Positions 24,910 through 39,662 of a DNA stretch of 62,027 bases are shown piece by piece; position 1 is the stretch's first letter; every line of letters begins with the position of its first letter. Under the pieces are notes generated by a model. That model did no database searches, was not told the DNA's origin, and saw nothing but the letters and a program-made list of their open reading frames with translations. This DNA comes from Nemertoderma westbladi (lineage: Eukaryota; Animalia; Xenacoelomorpha). Made by a program: the position numbers and the translations under genes. Location: positions 1-62,027 of the forward strand of contig JAUCBJ010007974.1 of NCBI GenBank assembly GCA_032718475.1. Direction: 5' to 3'.

Positions 24910-25231
24910 AGGCACGTTCACGGTTCACATCCAACGGAACGGTACACCGCGCGGTGTACCGCAGGGCCAGCGGTACACCGCTGACTGTGAACTACCCAAC
25001 AGGTACAGTAGTGCGCTAAACCGCGCGGTTTACCACAGCCCATTTAAACAATGTTAAAACATTAATGTAATTTCCTGTTGAATTCACAGTCGACAGATAT
25101 ATACAATCAGTTACCGCAATGGTACCGTTGGGTGTGAACGGGCTCCGGGTACAGTAGTGTACCGCTGGCTTACCACTTAAATACCGCCAGACTACTTTAC
25201 CGCCCACGCACCGTTGGATGTGAACGGGGCT
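24910..25231. mobile_element. Tourist/Harbinger-like MITE
   Basis: gttcacatccaacgg ... ccgttggatgtgaac inverted ends, TTA on both flanks, internal ggtacacc/ggtgtacc repeats. Confidence 0.65.
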
Positions 25232-25749
25232 TTACAGTACCATTGAACTCATTCTCAAAGTATTAATAATGCAGCAGACAGACACAACGGCTCTGTTTAT
25301 AATCCTGCGAAAACGATCGGGTTATGGTTGCTCAATTAAAATCTGTCAATATAAATGTGTCAAACATACTGTATAGTTTGTGAGCCAAATCTATTGTCCA
25401 TCATTCCAATACACGAATGTCGGAAATGTTAATCCCTACTTATATAATATTAACTCCAACAATAGATTTATATTGGGAGTGTGTGTGTGTTGGGGGTGGG
25501 GGGGGGGGGGGGGGTAGGCTTATTATTATTACAATACAGTACATAAAAATATACAAAACAATTAAAGAAAGTAACTCGATATTGATATTAACTCTTAATA
25601 GACTCTATCTGATCCGATATATTGGCCACTCAAGAAACTCATAATCCTCTAATTCAAGATGACTTTAATAATAATTAATAACTTAGATTACTTAAGCGAA
25701 ACATATCTTTATATTATTGACAGCCATGAACAAACTGTCTCTACAGTAC

Positions 25750-27610
25750 CTCATTTCTGAAGCGAATGCACCCGGACCCGCTAATGGAACTGAAATGTTT
25801 ATACCACACAATGATGTATTTAACGCAAAGCATTACCCGTTTATCCTGACGGCTTTGAATCATGGCGAATCTTTGAATAATTTTTGAGTCATGGATAATT
25901 ATTGTTAGCAACCGAAGATACCAATACTAGAGTATTCGAGATACTTCAGAGTTAGAAATGGGAAAAGCGTTTTAAAATGAGGAATTTCTAGCCGAGATGG
26001 CTGATTTCAGACAAACCATTCACAATAAACACAACATAACTCTTGCTGAACTTCTCATGAAAATGAGAAATGAAATCCAACAAGAACAAACTTTTTAGAG
26101 ATTGTAGCTGCAACCGATAAAGGATAATTTTCTGTAACGGCGCTTCAACCTCAGACTCAGACCTTGTCTTATGGATATAAGACTGTAGGTCTTATATACA
26201 TCCAGTGGCATGTACGAAAGTTTTATCGGAACAGTACGGCTGATTTGAAATCATTGAACAGCAGGAACTTTTTTCGGACGATGTTAAGATGAATCCATGA
26301 TCAGCGACGCCCCCATGTGGATCCACTTGTACTGATTGTCATGTATAAATTTATATAATTAATTAGAGTGCGTTAAACTTAGTTAGAGACTACATTCATC
26401 TATCAATAATATATATCCGACATCCAATATACGTTTGTTTGGGGCCTATCCAGTTGGTTATAATAAATTGCTAGATTAGTTCCTAAGTAAATATACATTC
26501 CGTATCTTTTGTATTTTTGTAAATCATGTATCTGTTTGAACTCAGTAGAAAATAATGTGTAATGCACCATTTTGTAAAGTTCACTGTCACAATATTGAAT
26601 ATAGAGTTTACGTTGTTATATTAAAGAAAAACAATTTTCTATTTTGGAACTTCCAGTTGGGGAAAATCCATTATACTGATGTAGTCAAACTCAAGGTTAA
26701 ATATAGAAATATTGCTTTCTTTCCCAAATAACATTATGTAATAAAATACTATGAAAAATATGTCATGTTAGAAAGACACTATGTCATAAAGTCAGAAGAC
26801 CCTCGTGCTGATATGAGTTTTTTTCACTTGGCTAATCCCTTAGATATGGTGCAAGTATAACAACTTCGGCAAGACTCAAATAAAATCATTATAACTCTTT
26901 CCGCAGACCCTTCAACAATCAATGCATTAAAGACAATTTAACACCCCTTTTGAACCTTGAAAGATCTATACAACAAAACATAGTTCATTGGATCTGGGGA
27001 TGTTACATTTGCGGAGAATAAACTGCATGCAATGGTAGATAATGTTATAGTAAATAAACAATTCCCCAGCTGTGACGACATTATAATAGCCAAAGGCATA
27101 CTTCTTGAATGCCTGTGGAGCAGACCGCTCGTTGAGAATGGGAGGTACTCTAGCGGCCATCCAACGTTTTGGAGTTATGATTTACGCTAACGTGGACTTG
27201 CAAAGGGTACCAATGCCGTCTTTGACGCTATGTCATTCCGACAGACAGAATTGTTACACGGAAAATTTCGTTAATGCGGAAAACTACATTTGTAGAGCAA
27301 AGAGTCACCCAGTTATGGGTATAGATGCAACAATGTTACCCCACGCTTTATTAAACAACATATTCAATGAGAGTATTTATAAGATTGGATCTGCGGTATA
27401 TGGCGATTTGATAAATGACTTTACACCGACGAATGACATTCCGGTCCCCTTCGAGGACTCCCCATTAATAGTCCCATGGGCCGAAGGATGCGTGTTTTAA
27501 CGAACAAATGATGAAAAATAACAAAGAAAAAGAATGAAAAAAAACAAATAATGGAAATGATAATCAACTTCGTAACATAGAACGAACTTCCACTGCACAT
27601 ATAGCTAAAT
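25750..27610 (+). pseudogene. decayed coding sequence homologous to the N-terminal domain of the accessory ORF at 60111-61886
   Basis: Translated fragments LIYIQWHVRKFY..RNFFRTM (about 26190-26285), WNFQLGKIHY (about 26645), VPMPSL..HPVMG (about 27207-27320) and DIPVPFEDSPLIVPWAEG..RNIERTSTAHIA (about 27434-27606). They match LYHYHQCHCRKTY, GRGFFRTM, WNFKVGNPINY, VPLRPSL..HPLILG and NIPYPFVDTQLIAPWAEG..KVQRTSIGHLA. Confidence 0.65.
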
Positions 27611-28877
27611 ACATATAACTTTATTAACCATCAATTTATTATTAACTAGAAAGGTTACAACAAATGTATCCTTTGCTTTGGCACAACATAAAAATAATTC
27701 TTCAATACAAATTAATGACGTCACATATATACAAATCGCAAGTAATTGAAACAAACTAGGACATTTTATAACTGTTGAATTTACACTAACTTATCGCGGA
27801 CATTGTCGAGCTTAGCGAGACAAATACGAAAACGAGACAAAAAATTTATATATTTGCCACGACTTATATCGTTTTGTTTGTTGAAAGCCACTTTTTGAAA
27901 AAAAAAACATAAATATCTGCCATCGAAGCTTTTCCATTGTGAAATAACTAAAACGAAAGTGATATTGATATTGAGATTATTGTGATATTATATATATTAT
28001 AGAATATTAAATGTTGATGGAAACCGCAATTTCATGATTGTTTACAATATAATGTTTACGCTAATTCGACTGAACTTGGTGGGATTGATCGATTTTCCAG
28101 TCTGATTATATACCTTTATGCAATTCAAACTATTTCTTAATATAAATTATTTGCTCTTTGCTAATTTACCGAAACCCGTAAATGTTGTAAATAACCAATA
28201 ATTGTGTTGGTCTCTCAGTCCTTTACTTTATTTCATAAAACACACCAATTATATATTCATATAAACTGCTCCATTTACTAACATTGCGCTACTTTACTCC
28301 CACTATGCAGCAACTAGTATTTAATGTTTATTAGGTTGCGTGTTATATTGTTTAAGTATGGCGTGTTCGTGTTAGTGTCGTTATATTAATTCGCAGAATA
28401 TTGAATATTTAGTGCGTATTCTTTAAACCCTAAATGTTCAAGGAATCTCTTCTACTTTTGACTCTGACAGCTCTTTTAGCTGTGGAGTGTCTGGGAGAGA
28501 GCCATGGGAACTCAGACGAATTGGTTGAAAGAGACAAAGTAGGTTTGTTAAATATAATAGAATCAATGTGTTTGTAGAGCCACTGAAGTTCTAACTGCAC
28601 TTTTGCTGTTAAAGTTTTAACCAAAACCTGCTAATTGCGTTCCACCACTGTAAGTACGATTGGTGCAAATCAAGATTCCGTTTGGCTGTTAGCACATTTG
28701 ACTTCTGTAACCCCTCTGTGTCTCAACTCCTCTCTGACATCCGTATCCTCTCTATTTCTAGTTACATTGTTCAAACTACAGAGTGCATCAAATTACACGT
28801 CGTTAATAACAATAATTATATAAAAGTCACATTTTCTAAATAAATTAGTTTCCTCCGCTGAAGGCAATCCACTTAGT

Positions 28878-31800
28878 TCACCTACCTGCCGCCAAAAAGG
28901 TCCTCCACTTGTTTCACCACAGATATTCTAAAGAAATATGTACATAGATCCACCAATCCGCCAAAAGGCCATCCACTTGTATTCCACCAAAGATAATTGT
29001 GTGTTCCACCACATGACATTCTAAAGAAATGTGTACATAGACCCACCTACCGCCAAAAGGCCACCCACTTATTCCACCAAAGATAAATGTGTGTTCCACT
29101 ACACATGACATTCTAAAGAAATATGTACATAAACCCACCTACCGCCAAAAGGCCACCTACTTGTTTCACCACAGATATTCTAAAGAAATGTGTATATAGA
29201 CCCACCTACCGCCAAAAGGCCACCCACTTATTCCACCAAAGATAAATGTGTGTTCCACCACACATGACATTCTAAAGAAATGTGTACATAGACCCACCTA
29301 CCGCCAAAAGGCCACCCACTTATTCCACCAAAGATAAATGTGTGTTCCACCACACATGACATTCTAAAGAAATGTGTACATAGACCCACCTACCGCCAAA
29401 AGGCCACCCACTTATTCCACCGAATATAAATGTGTACATAGATCCACCTATCGCCAAAAGGCCATCCACTTGTATTCCACCAAAGATAAATGTGTGTTCC
29501 ACCACACATGACATTCTAAAGAAATGTGTACATAGACCCACCTACCGCCAAAAGGCCACCCACTTATTCCACCAAAGATAAATGTGTGTTCCACCACACA
29601 TGACATTCTAAAGAAATGTGTACATAGACCCACCTACCGCCAAAAGGCCACCCACTTATTCCACCGAATATAAATGTGTACATAGATCCACCTACCGCCA
29701 AAAGGCCATCCACTTGTATTCCACCAAAGATAAATGTGTGTTCCACCACACATGACATTCTAAAGAAATGTGTACATAGACCCACCTACCGCCAAAAGGC
29801 CACCCACTTATTCCACCGAATATAAATGTGTACATAGACCCACCTACCGCCAAAAGTCCACCCACTTATTCCACCAAAGATAAATGTGTGTTCCACCACA
29901 CATGACATTCTAAAGAAATGTGTACATAGACCCACCTACCGCCAAAAGGCCACCCACTTATTCCACCGAATATAAATGTGTACATAGATCCACCTACCGC
30001 CAAAAGGCCATCCACTTGTATTCCACCAAAGATAAATGTGTGTTCCACCACACATGACATTCTAAAGAAATGTGTACATAGACCCACCTACCGCCAAAAG
30101 GCCACCCACTTATTCCACCAAAGATAAATGTGTGTTCCACCACATGATACTCTAAAGAAATGTGTACATAGACCCACCTACCGCCAAAAGGCCACCCACT
30201 TATTCCACCAAAGATAAATGTGTGTTCCACCATACATTACATTCTAAAGAAATGTGTACATAGACCCACCTACCGCCAAAAGGCCACCCACTTATTCCAC
30301 CAAAGATAAATGTGTGTTCCACCACACATGACATTCTAAAGAAATGTGTACATAGACCCACCTACCGCCAAAAGGCCACCCACTTAATCCACCGAATATA
30401 AATGTGTACATAGATCCACCTACCGCCAAAAGGCCATCCACTTGTATTCCACCAAAGATAAATGTGCGTTCCACCACACATGACATTCTAAAGAAATGTG
30501 TACATAGACCCACCTACCGCCAAAAGGCCACCCACTTATTCCACCGAATATAAATGTGTACATAGATCCACCTACCGCCAAAAGGCCATCCACTTGTATT
30601 CCACCAAAGATAAATTTGCGTTCCACCACACATGACATTCTAAAGAAATGTGTACATAGACCCACCTACCGCCAAAAGGCCACCCACTTATTCCACCGAA
30701 TATAAATGTGTACATAGATCCACCTACCGCCAAAAGGCCATCCACTTGTATTCCACCAAAGATAAATGTGTGTTCCACCACACATGACATTCTAAATAAA
30801 TGTGTACATAGACCCACCTACCGCCAAAAGGCCATCCACTTATTCCACCGAATATAAATGTGTACATAGACCCACCTACCGCCAAAAGGCCACCCACTTA
30901 TTCCACCAAAGATAAATGTGTGTTCCACCACACATGACATTCTAAAGAAATGTGTACATAGACCCACCTACCGCCAAAAGGCCACCCACTTATTCCACCG
31001 AATCGATAAATGTGTACATAGACCACCTACCGCCAAAAGGCCACCCACTTATTCCACCGAATATAAATGTGTACATAGATCCACCTACCGCCAAAAGGCC
31101 ATCCACTTGTATTCCACCAAAGATAAATGTGTGTTCCACCACACATGACATTCTAAAGAAATGTGTACATAGACCCACCTACCGCCAAAAGGCCACCCAC
31201 TTATTCCACCGAATATAAATGTGTACATAGACCCACCTACCGCCAAAAGGCCACCCACTTATTCCACCAAAGATAAATGTGTGTTCCACCACACATGACA
31301 TTCTAAATAAATGTGTACATAGACCCACCTACCGCCAAAAGGCCACCCACTTATTCCACCAAAGATAAATGTGTGTTCCACCACACATGACATTCTAAAG
31401 AAATGTGTACATAGACCCACCTACCGCCAAAAGGCCACCCACTTATTCCACCAAAGATAAATGTGTGTTCCACCACACATGACATTCTAAAGAAATGTGT
31501 ACATAGACCCACCTACCGCCAAAAGGCCACCCACTTAATCCACCGAATATAAATGTGTACATAGACCCACCTACCGCCAAAAGGCCACCCACTTATTCCA
31601 CCAAAGATAAATGTGTGTTCCACCACACATGACATTCTAAATAAATGTGTACATAGACCCACCTACCGCCAAAAGGCCACCCACTTATTCCACCAAAGAT
31701 AAATGTGTGTTCCACCACACATGACATTCTAAAGAAATGTGTACATAGACCCACCTACCGCCAAAAGGCCACCCACTTATTCCACCAAAGATAAATGTGT

Positions 31801-34800
31801 GTTCCACCACACATGACATTCTAAAGAAATGTGTACATAGACCCACCTACCGCCAAAAGGCCACCCACTTATTCCACCAAAGATAAATGTGTGTTCCACC
31901 AACATGACATTCTAAAGAAATGTGTACATAGACCCACCTACCGCCAAAAGGCCACCCACTTATTCCACCAAAGATAAATGTGTGTTCCACCATACATTAC
32001 ATTCTAAAGAAATGTGTACATAGACCCACCTACCGCCAAAAGGCCACCCACTTATTCCACCAAAGATAAATGTGTGTTCCACCACACATGACATTCTAAA
32101 GAAATGTGTACATAGACCCACCTACCGCCAAAAGGCCACCCACTTAATCCACCGAATATAAATGTGTACATAGATCCACCTACCGCCAAAAGGCCATCCA
32201 CTTGTATTCCACCAAAGATAAATTTGCGTTCCACCACACATGACATTCTAAAGAAATGTGTACATAGACCCACCTACCGCCAAAAGGCCACCCACTTATT
32301 CCACCGAATATAAATGTGTACATAGATCCACCTACCGCCAAAAGGCCATCCACTGGTATTCCACCAAAGATAAATGTGTGTTCCACCACACATGACATTC
32401 TAAAGAAATGTGTACATAGACCCACCTACCGCCAAAAGGCCATCCACTTATTCCACCGAATATAAATGTGTACATAGACCCACCTACCGCCAAAAGGCCA
32501 CCCACTTATTCCACCATAGATAAATGTGTGTTCCACCACACATGACATTCTAAAGAAATGTGTACATAGACCCACCTACCGCCAAAAGGCCACCCACTTA
32601 TTCCATCGAATATAGATGTGTACATATACACACCTACCGCCAAAAGGCCACCCACTTATTCCACCGAATATAAATGTGTACATAGATCCACCTACCGCCA
32701 AAAGGCCATCCACTTGTATTCCACCAAAGATAAATGTGTGTTCCACCACACATTACATTCTAAAGAAATGTGTACATAGACCCACCTACCGCCAAAAGGC
32801 CACCCACTTATTCCACCGAATATAAATGTGTACATAGACCCACCTACCGCCAAAAGGCCACCCACTTATTCCACCAAAGATAAATGTGTGTTCCACCACA
32901 CATGACATTCTAAATAAATGTGTACATAGACCCACCTACCGCCAAAAGGCCACCCACTTATTCCACCAAAGATAAATGTGTGTTCCACCACACATGACAT
33001 TCTAAAGAAATGTGTACATAGACCCACCTACCGCCAAAAGGCCACCCACTTATTCCACCGAATATAAATGTGTACATAGACCCACCTACCGCCAAAAGGC
33101 CACCCACTTATTCCACCAAAGATAAATGTGTGTTCCACCACACATGACATTCTAAATAAATGTGTACATAGACCCACCTACCGCCAAAAGGCCACCCACT
33201 TATTCCACCAAATATAAATGTGTGTTCCACCACACATGATATTCTAAAGAAATGTGTACATAGACCCACCTACCGCCAAAAGGCCACCCACTTATTCCAC
33301 CAAAGATAAATGTGTGTTCCACAACACATGACATTCTAAAGAAATGTGTACATAGACCCACCTACCGCCAAAAGGCCACCCACTTATTCCACCAAAGATA
33401 AATGTGTGTTCCACCACACATGACATTCTAAAGAAATGTGTACATAGACCCCCTACCGCCAAAAGGCCACCCACTTAATCCACCGAATATAAATGTGTAC
33501 ATAGATCCACCTACCACCAAAAGGCCATCCACTTGTATTCCACCAAAGATAAATTTGCGTTCCACCACACATGACATTCTAAAGAAATGTGTACATAGAC
33601 CCACCTACCGCCAAAAGGCCTCCCACTTATTCCACCGAATATAAATGTGTACATAGATCCACCTACCGCCAAAAGGCCATCCACTTGTATTCCACCAAAG
33701 ATAAATTTGCGTTCCACCACACATGACATTCTAAAGAAATGTGTACTTAGACCCACCTACCGCCAAAAGGCCACCCACTTATTCCACCAAAGATAAATGT
33801 GTGTTCCACCGTACATTACATTCTAAAGAAATGTGTACATAGACACACCTACCGCCAAAAGGCCACCCACTTATTCCACCAAAGATAAATGTGTGTTCTA
33901 CCACACATGACATTCTAAAGAAATGTGTACATCGACCCACCTACCGCCAAAAGACCACCCACTTATTCCACCGAATATAAATGTGTACATAGACCCACCT
34001 ACCGCCAAAAGGCCACCCACTTATTCCACCAAAGATAAATGTGTGTTCCACCACACATGACATTCTAAAGAAATGTGTACATAGACCCACCTACCGCCAA
34101 AAGGCCACCCACTTATTCCACCAAAGATAAATGTGTGTTTCACCATACATTACATTCTAAATAAATGTGTACATAGACCCACCTACCGCCAAAAGGCCAC
34201 TCACTTATTCCACCAAAGATAAATGTGTGTTCCACCACACATGACATTCTAAAGAAATGTGTACATAGACCCACCTACCGCCAAAAGCCACCGAATATAA
34301 ATGTGTACATAGAACCACCTACCGCCAAAAGGCCACCCACTTATTCCACCAAAGATAAATGTGTGTTCCACCACACATGACATTCTAAAGAAATGTGTAC
34401 ATAGACCCACCTACCGCCAAAATGCCTCCCACTTATTCCACCGAATATAAATGTGTACATAGATCCACCTACCGCCAAAAGGCCATCCACTTGTATTCCA
34501 CCAAAGATAAATTTGCGTTCCACCACACATGACATTCTACAGAAATGTGTACATAGACCCACATACCGCCAAAAGGCCACCAACTTATTCCACCAAAGAT
34601 AAATGTGTGTTCCACCATACATTACATTCTAAAGAAATGTGTACATAGACCCACCTACCGCCAAAAGGCCACCCACTTATTCCACCAAAGATAAATGTGT
34701 GTTCCACCATACATTACATTCTAAAGAAATGTGTACATAGATCCACCTACCGCCAAAAGGCCATCCACTTGTATTCAACCAAAGATAAATGTGCGTTCCA

Positions 34801-36805
34801 CCACACATGACATTCTAAAGAAATGTGTACATAGACCCACCTACCGCCAAAAGGCCACCCACTTATTCCACCAAAGATAAATGTGTGTTCCACCATACAT
34901 TACATTCTAAAGAAATGTGTACATAGATCCACCTACCGCCAAAAGGCCATCCACTTATTCCACCAAAGATAAATGTGTGTTCCACCATACATTACATTCT
35001 AAAGAAATGTGTACATAGACCCACCTACCGCCAAAAGGCCACCCACTTATTCCACCAAAGATAAATGTGTGTTCCACCATACATTACATTCTAAAGAAAT
35101 GTGTACATAGATCCACCTACCGCCAAAAGGCCATCCACTTGTATTCAACCAAAGATAAATGTGCGTTCCACCACACATTACATTCTAAAGAAATGTGTAC
35201 ATAGATCCACCTACCGCCAAAAGGCCATCCACTTGTATTCAACCAAAGATAAATGTGCGTTCCACCACACATGACATTCTAAAGAAATGTGTACATAGAC
35301 CCACCTACCGCCAAAAGGCCACCCACTTAATCCACCGAATATAAATGTGTACATAGATCCACCTACCGCCAAAAGGCCATCCACTTGTATTCCACCAAAG
35401 ATAAATTTGCGTTCCACCACACATGACATTCTAAAGAAATGTGTACATAGACCCACCTACCGCCAAAAGGCCACCCACTTATTCCACCAATGATAAATGT
35501 GTGTTCCACCACACATGACATTCTAAAGAAATGTGTACATAGACCCACCTACCACCAAAAGGCCACTCACTTAATCCACCGAATATAAATGTGTACATAG
35601 ATCCACCTACCGCCATAAGGCCATCCACTTGTATTCCACCAATGATAAATTTGCGTTCCACCACACATGACATTCTAAAGAAATGTGTACATAGACCCAC
35701 CTACCGCCAAAAGGCCACCCACTTATTCCACCGAATATAAATGTGTACATAGATCCACCTACCGCCAAAAGGCCATCCACTTGTATTCCACCAAAGATAA
35801 ATTTGCGTTCCACCACACATGACATTCTAAAGAAATGTGTACTTAGACCCACCTACCGCCACCTACCGCCAAAAGGCCACCCACTTATTCCACCAAAGAT
35901 AAATGTGTGTTCCACCGTACATTACATTCTAAAGAAATGTGTACATAGACCCACCTACCGCCAAAAGGCCACCCACTTATTCCACCAAAGATAAATGTGT
36001 GTTCCACCACACATGACATTCTAAAGAAATGTGTACATAGACCCACCTACCGCCAAAAGACCACCCACTTATTCCACCGAATATAAATGTGTACATAGAC
36101 CCACCTACCGCCAAATGGCCACCCACTTATTCCACCAAAGATAAATGTGTGTTCCACCACACATGACATTCTAAAGAAATGTGTACATAGACCCACCTAC
36201 TGCCAAAAGGCCACCCACTTATTCCACCAAAGATAAATGTGTGTTTCACCATACATTACATTCCAAATAAATGTGTACATAGACCCACCTACCGCCAAAA
36301 GGCCACCCACTTATTCCACCAAAGATAAATGTGTGTTCCACCACACATGACATTCTAAAGAAATGTGTACATAGACCCACCTACCGCCAAAAGGCCACCC
36401 ACTTATTCCACCGAATATAAATGTGTACATAGAACCACCTACCGCCAAAAGGCCACCCACTTATTCCACCAAAGATAAATGTGTGTTCCACCACACATGA
36501 CATTCTAAAGAAATGTGTACATAGACCCACCTACCGCCAAAAGGCCACCCACTTAATCCACCGAATATAAATGTGTACATGGATCCACCTACCGCCAAAA
36601 GGCCATCCACTTGTATTCCACCAAAGATAAATTTGCGTTCCACCACACATGACATTCTAAAGAAATGTGTACATAGACCCACCTACCGCCAAAAGGCCAC
36701 CCACTTATTCCACCGAATATAAATGTGTACATAGATCCACCTACCGCCAAAAGGCCATCCACTTGTATTCCACCAAAGATAAATGTGTGTTTCACCATAC
36801 ATTAC
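28878..36805 (+). repeat. composite satellite (92-, 58- and 94-bp related units), left part
   Basis: 92-bp unit ccacctaccgccaaaaggccacccacttattccaccaaagataaatgtgtgttccaccacacatgacattctaaagaaatgtgtacatagac, interspersed with 58-bp and 94-bp variants. Confidence 0.98.
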
Positions 36806-37991
36806 TGTACGCGCTTTTGAAGACCTTTAGCAGTTTAACCTGCCAAAATTTATATGTCTTTTGGTTTATAAATAGACTTTAGCATATGACAAGTATTTAA
36901 TACCAATAAACACAACATTAGCCGAAGCCAGCCTAGTGCGCGTCCATTCACCCGCTGGATATACCCGGGAGACTGGATTCGGAGGGCTTAGATTGTTATT
37001 GCAGTGTAAGCTTACTGTATTATTCGATTGATCGTTAATAAATAATTTCTGACCAATATTATTCACTTTCGGGAAATATTAACAGTTCCTTTATGACGTG
37101 GCGCTCTATCTAGGTAAACAGAGATATGACTTATACTAAACACAACGGTAATTCGGTAAGGCTTATGATTCACGTATGAGGCGCATTCTTTAGGAAATGC
37201 TTAGTTATCAGCCACAATCATGCACACTACCGGTACCGCACAATACTGCACACTAATCTGCCGACTGTCAATGAATTTTATCATACATAAAGAGAACAGC
37301 AATTGACTCATGTAGTGCTTATCAAATAGCATTAAATTCACTACAAACCACGATAATATAAGTCGCAATCGCTATATGTAACCTGTCTCTCTAACCTGTA
37401 GTGTATCAAGAAAATTGGGAAATTTGGGTTATTTATCGATGTTCTCCAAGTAATAATATTCAACCAACTGATACAAATAATGACAACAGCAAATAGCAGT
37501 ATAATAATGTATGTTGAACCGATAATGTAAGACTAAACTGATTGGGTTGTTAAGATAACTGTTATACGTTCTATAATCTAAGCCTACTAATGTTTCTTCT
37601 AAAGTCTGAAACGAATTGACTCTAGAGCCGGTGTTCTTGGCCTAGATAGAAACAACAAAACTATAACACAGAAAACTATAAGACTGAACACGCCTAGCAC
37701 GATCTGTAGAATATCTCCACATCGACAGTAAAAATCGCCCTGATTGGCTGTTAAGCTAAACAAAGAACCATGTGTCCAACGGCCGTTTCCATGCCAGCAA
37801 CCAGCTGTTAGATGTCGTAATCTGAATCATCAAGGCTACACTGTGCTAGAGTATTTGACGCATTGCGGGTTTTGTGCCTTGCCATGTCCGTCAAAGCACA
37901 CATATAGAAGAATGACTTTTATGTCCGTTAAAACACCTACAACGGTACTTTGCGGGCAAGGGGACTGATTATATCCGCAAAAGCTTTTACA
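36806..37991 (-). repeat. 3' LTR
   Basis: Direct repeat of 51479-52664; about 6 substitutions seen by eye. Confidence 0.96.
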
Positions 37992-38001
37992 CCGCTCCCA
38001 G
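37992..38001 (-). promoter_or_regulatory. polypurine-tract-like plus-strand primer site
   Basis: Minus strand CTGGGAGCGG immediately precedes TGTAAAAG of the 3' LTR. The same sequence occurs in the second element at 60033-60042. Confidence 0.7.
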
Positions 38002-38069
38002 AAAATGGGATTCAAGTCTATAAATATACAAAAATCACAGTTTCTAATATACGTAAATACTCTAAACAG

Positions 38070-39662
38070 TTAGTCTTTCTTGCGCGGACGGCGTTTACGC
38101 AGTTTTTTAAAGCTGGCCAGAGTCCTTTTCTCTTTGGGGCGAGCCACTTTACAAGGAGGGCTATAACTCCTGGGTGAAGGGTGCAATATGATTGCATCAG
38201 AGGGTGTAGGATTATGGTCGGTGTATCCGCCAGTCGAAGTGCCGGGTTGATTGACATCAACGTCGGGGGAGAGGGGTCTAACGGCCTTGAGAGCGCGTTT
38301 TAGGACGGCCGCTCTTACGGGTCCTTCACGAGTGGTCTGAACGAGAGCCGTGGGTGGACCATAGGCAGTCAGAAACTTCCTGGGTTTAATGGTTCTTTCC
38401 AACTCGCGTTCGCGGGCTCGATATTCGTAAGGCCGTCGATATACTTCCTGTAACTCGGGGTATGAGTTAACAAATAAGTCTCCATAGTCCGGATCCTGAC
38501 GGATAAAATTGATTAGGTTATATGAATGAAGGTCGCTAGGATTAACACTCCTGAGAAATTTGCGTACGAATTTGGTTGAAATACATTCTCCGACGCGCTT
38601 CAGTAGTTCGTAACTCGATATGCGTGATTTCTGTTCGACAGAAGCGAATAGATAAGGATGGAACGCATAAACTCCTTAGTAAGCGCGTCCAGGATAATAG
38701 CGATGGCGCGAATCACAATGTAAATCAGCGTTCGCTTCCCAAGCTCTGATATAACGTAGTGTGATCATTTCATCTACGCTTTCCAAATCGTGATTAAAAG
38801 GGCAATCGAAACTGGTGTGTCCCTTTAGTTGACAATGGTGACATTGAGTCATAAATTGAGGGCAAACCGCAAAAATGTGCAAGTTATTGAGTCTGCAATA
38901 CGCGCAATAAATTTCCATCGCCGGTTGTTCGTGGAAATAGGAACAGCGGACGTTTGTGTCCTTCAGTTTGTTGGTTGGGTCTAGGGCATTCGTCACAATA
39001 ACACCAAAGACGTACGTCCTGTAGAGGAAACGCGGGTGATCGTTCTCCAGTTTTGCAATATTCTTCCATTTGTTCAAAACTATCCGGGATAACAGGTAGT
39101 GGACGATCGGCGGTAAGATACATCATAGTGAAATAGAGCCGTTTGAGTTCTACCATGGGGTCATGATGTATACCTTGAGGATATAGAGTCTCGAGGTTCT
39201 GCTGACTGGCGATGTTGAGATAGGTTTCTCCCAAAATTCCAGGTAGTCGTTGAAGTCGATGCGTTTATCCGGTTCTTCAACGTTTTCTCTTTCCAGTCTG
39301 TTTCGAATAGAATTTTCGTGTTCTATTCTCGGTTTATCGTTACGACTCCGCTGGGTATGATATTTAAATAGAACCATTTCCCTTTCGGTGTCTACATCGT
39401 CCGTATCATGCAAGTCGATAGGATGACCGGTAGTTAATAAGTCCATATACGTACCATTACGATGTGTATAGCGAGCGGTGAATTTTCGATAGTCCAATTC
39501 ACGCGTAAGTTGCTCTTGAGACATCGGCAGTTCGATATAACGACCATCGTCCTCCGTAATGGTTGGATCGGCTTCACCGCGTATCAAGCTATCCACAAAT
39601 GCTTGTAAAGGTAGAGTATATCGCTCCCTGATACCAAGATCATCTTCTATCAACTCCGTCAT
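38070..39662 (-). pseudogene. accessory ORF of the BEL/Pao element (CCHC zinc-knuckle protein with basic tail), disrupted
   Basis: Pieces 39150-39662, 38884-39234, 38676-39077 and 38070-38402 join via two probable frameshifts and a TAA at 38676 (E in the paralog). Contains CAYCRLNNLHIFAVC and CHHCQLKGHTSFDC and ends LRKRRPRKKD. The C-terminal ~300 aa closely match 60111-61886. Confidence 0.8.

Noticed and set aside
28430-28860. Coding-like stretch just left of the satellite
   Set aside because: Short frames with stops and no recognisable homology, so it cannot be supported.
36866-37968. Small ORFs in the LTRs (also 51539 and 52417)
   Set aside because: They are short, duplicated only because the LTRs are, and not clearly conserved in the diverged LTRs.
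38070-39662. env gene call for the accessory ORF
   Set aside because: No signal peptide, furin site or TM segment; it has zinc knuckles and a basic tail instead.
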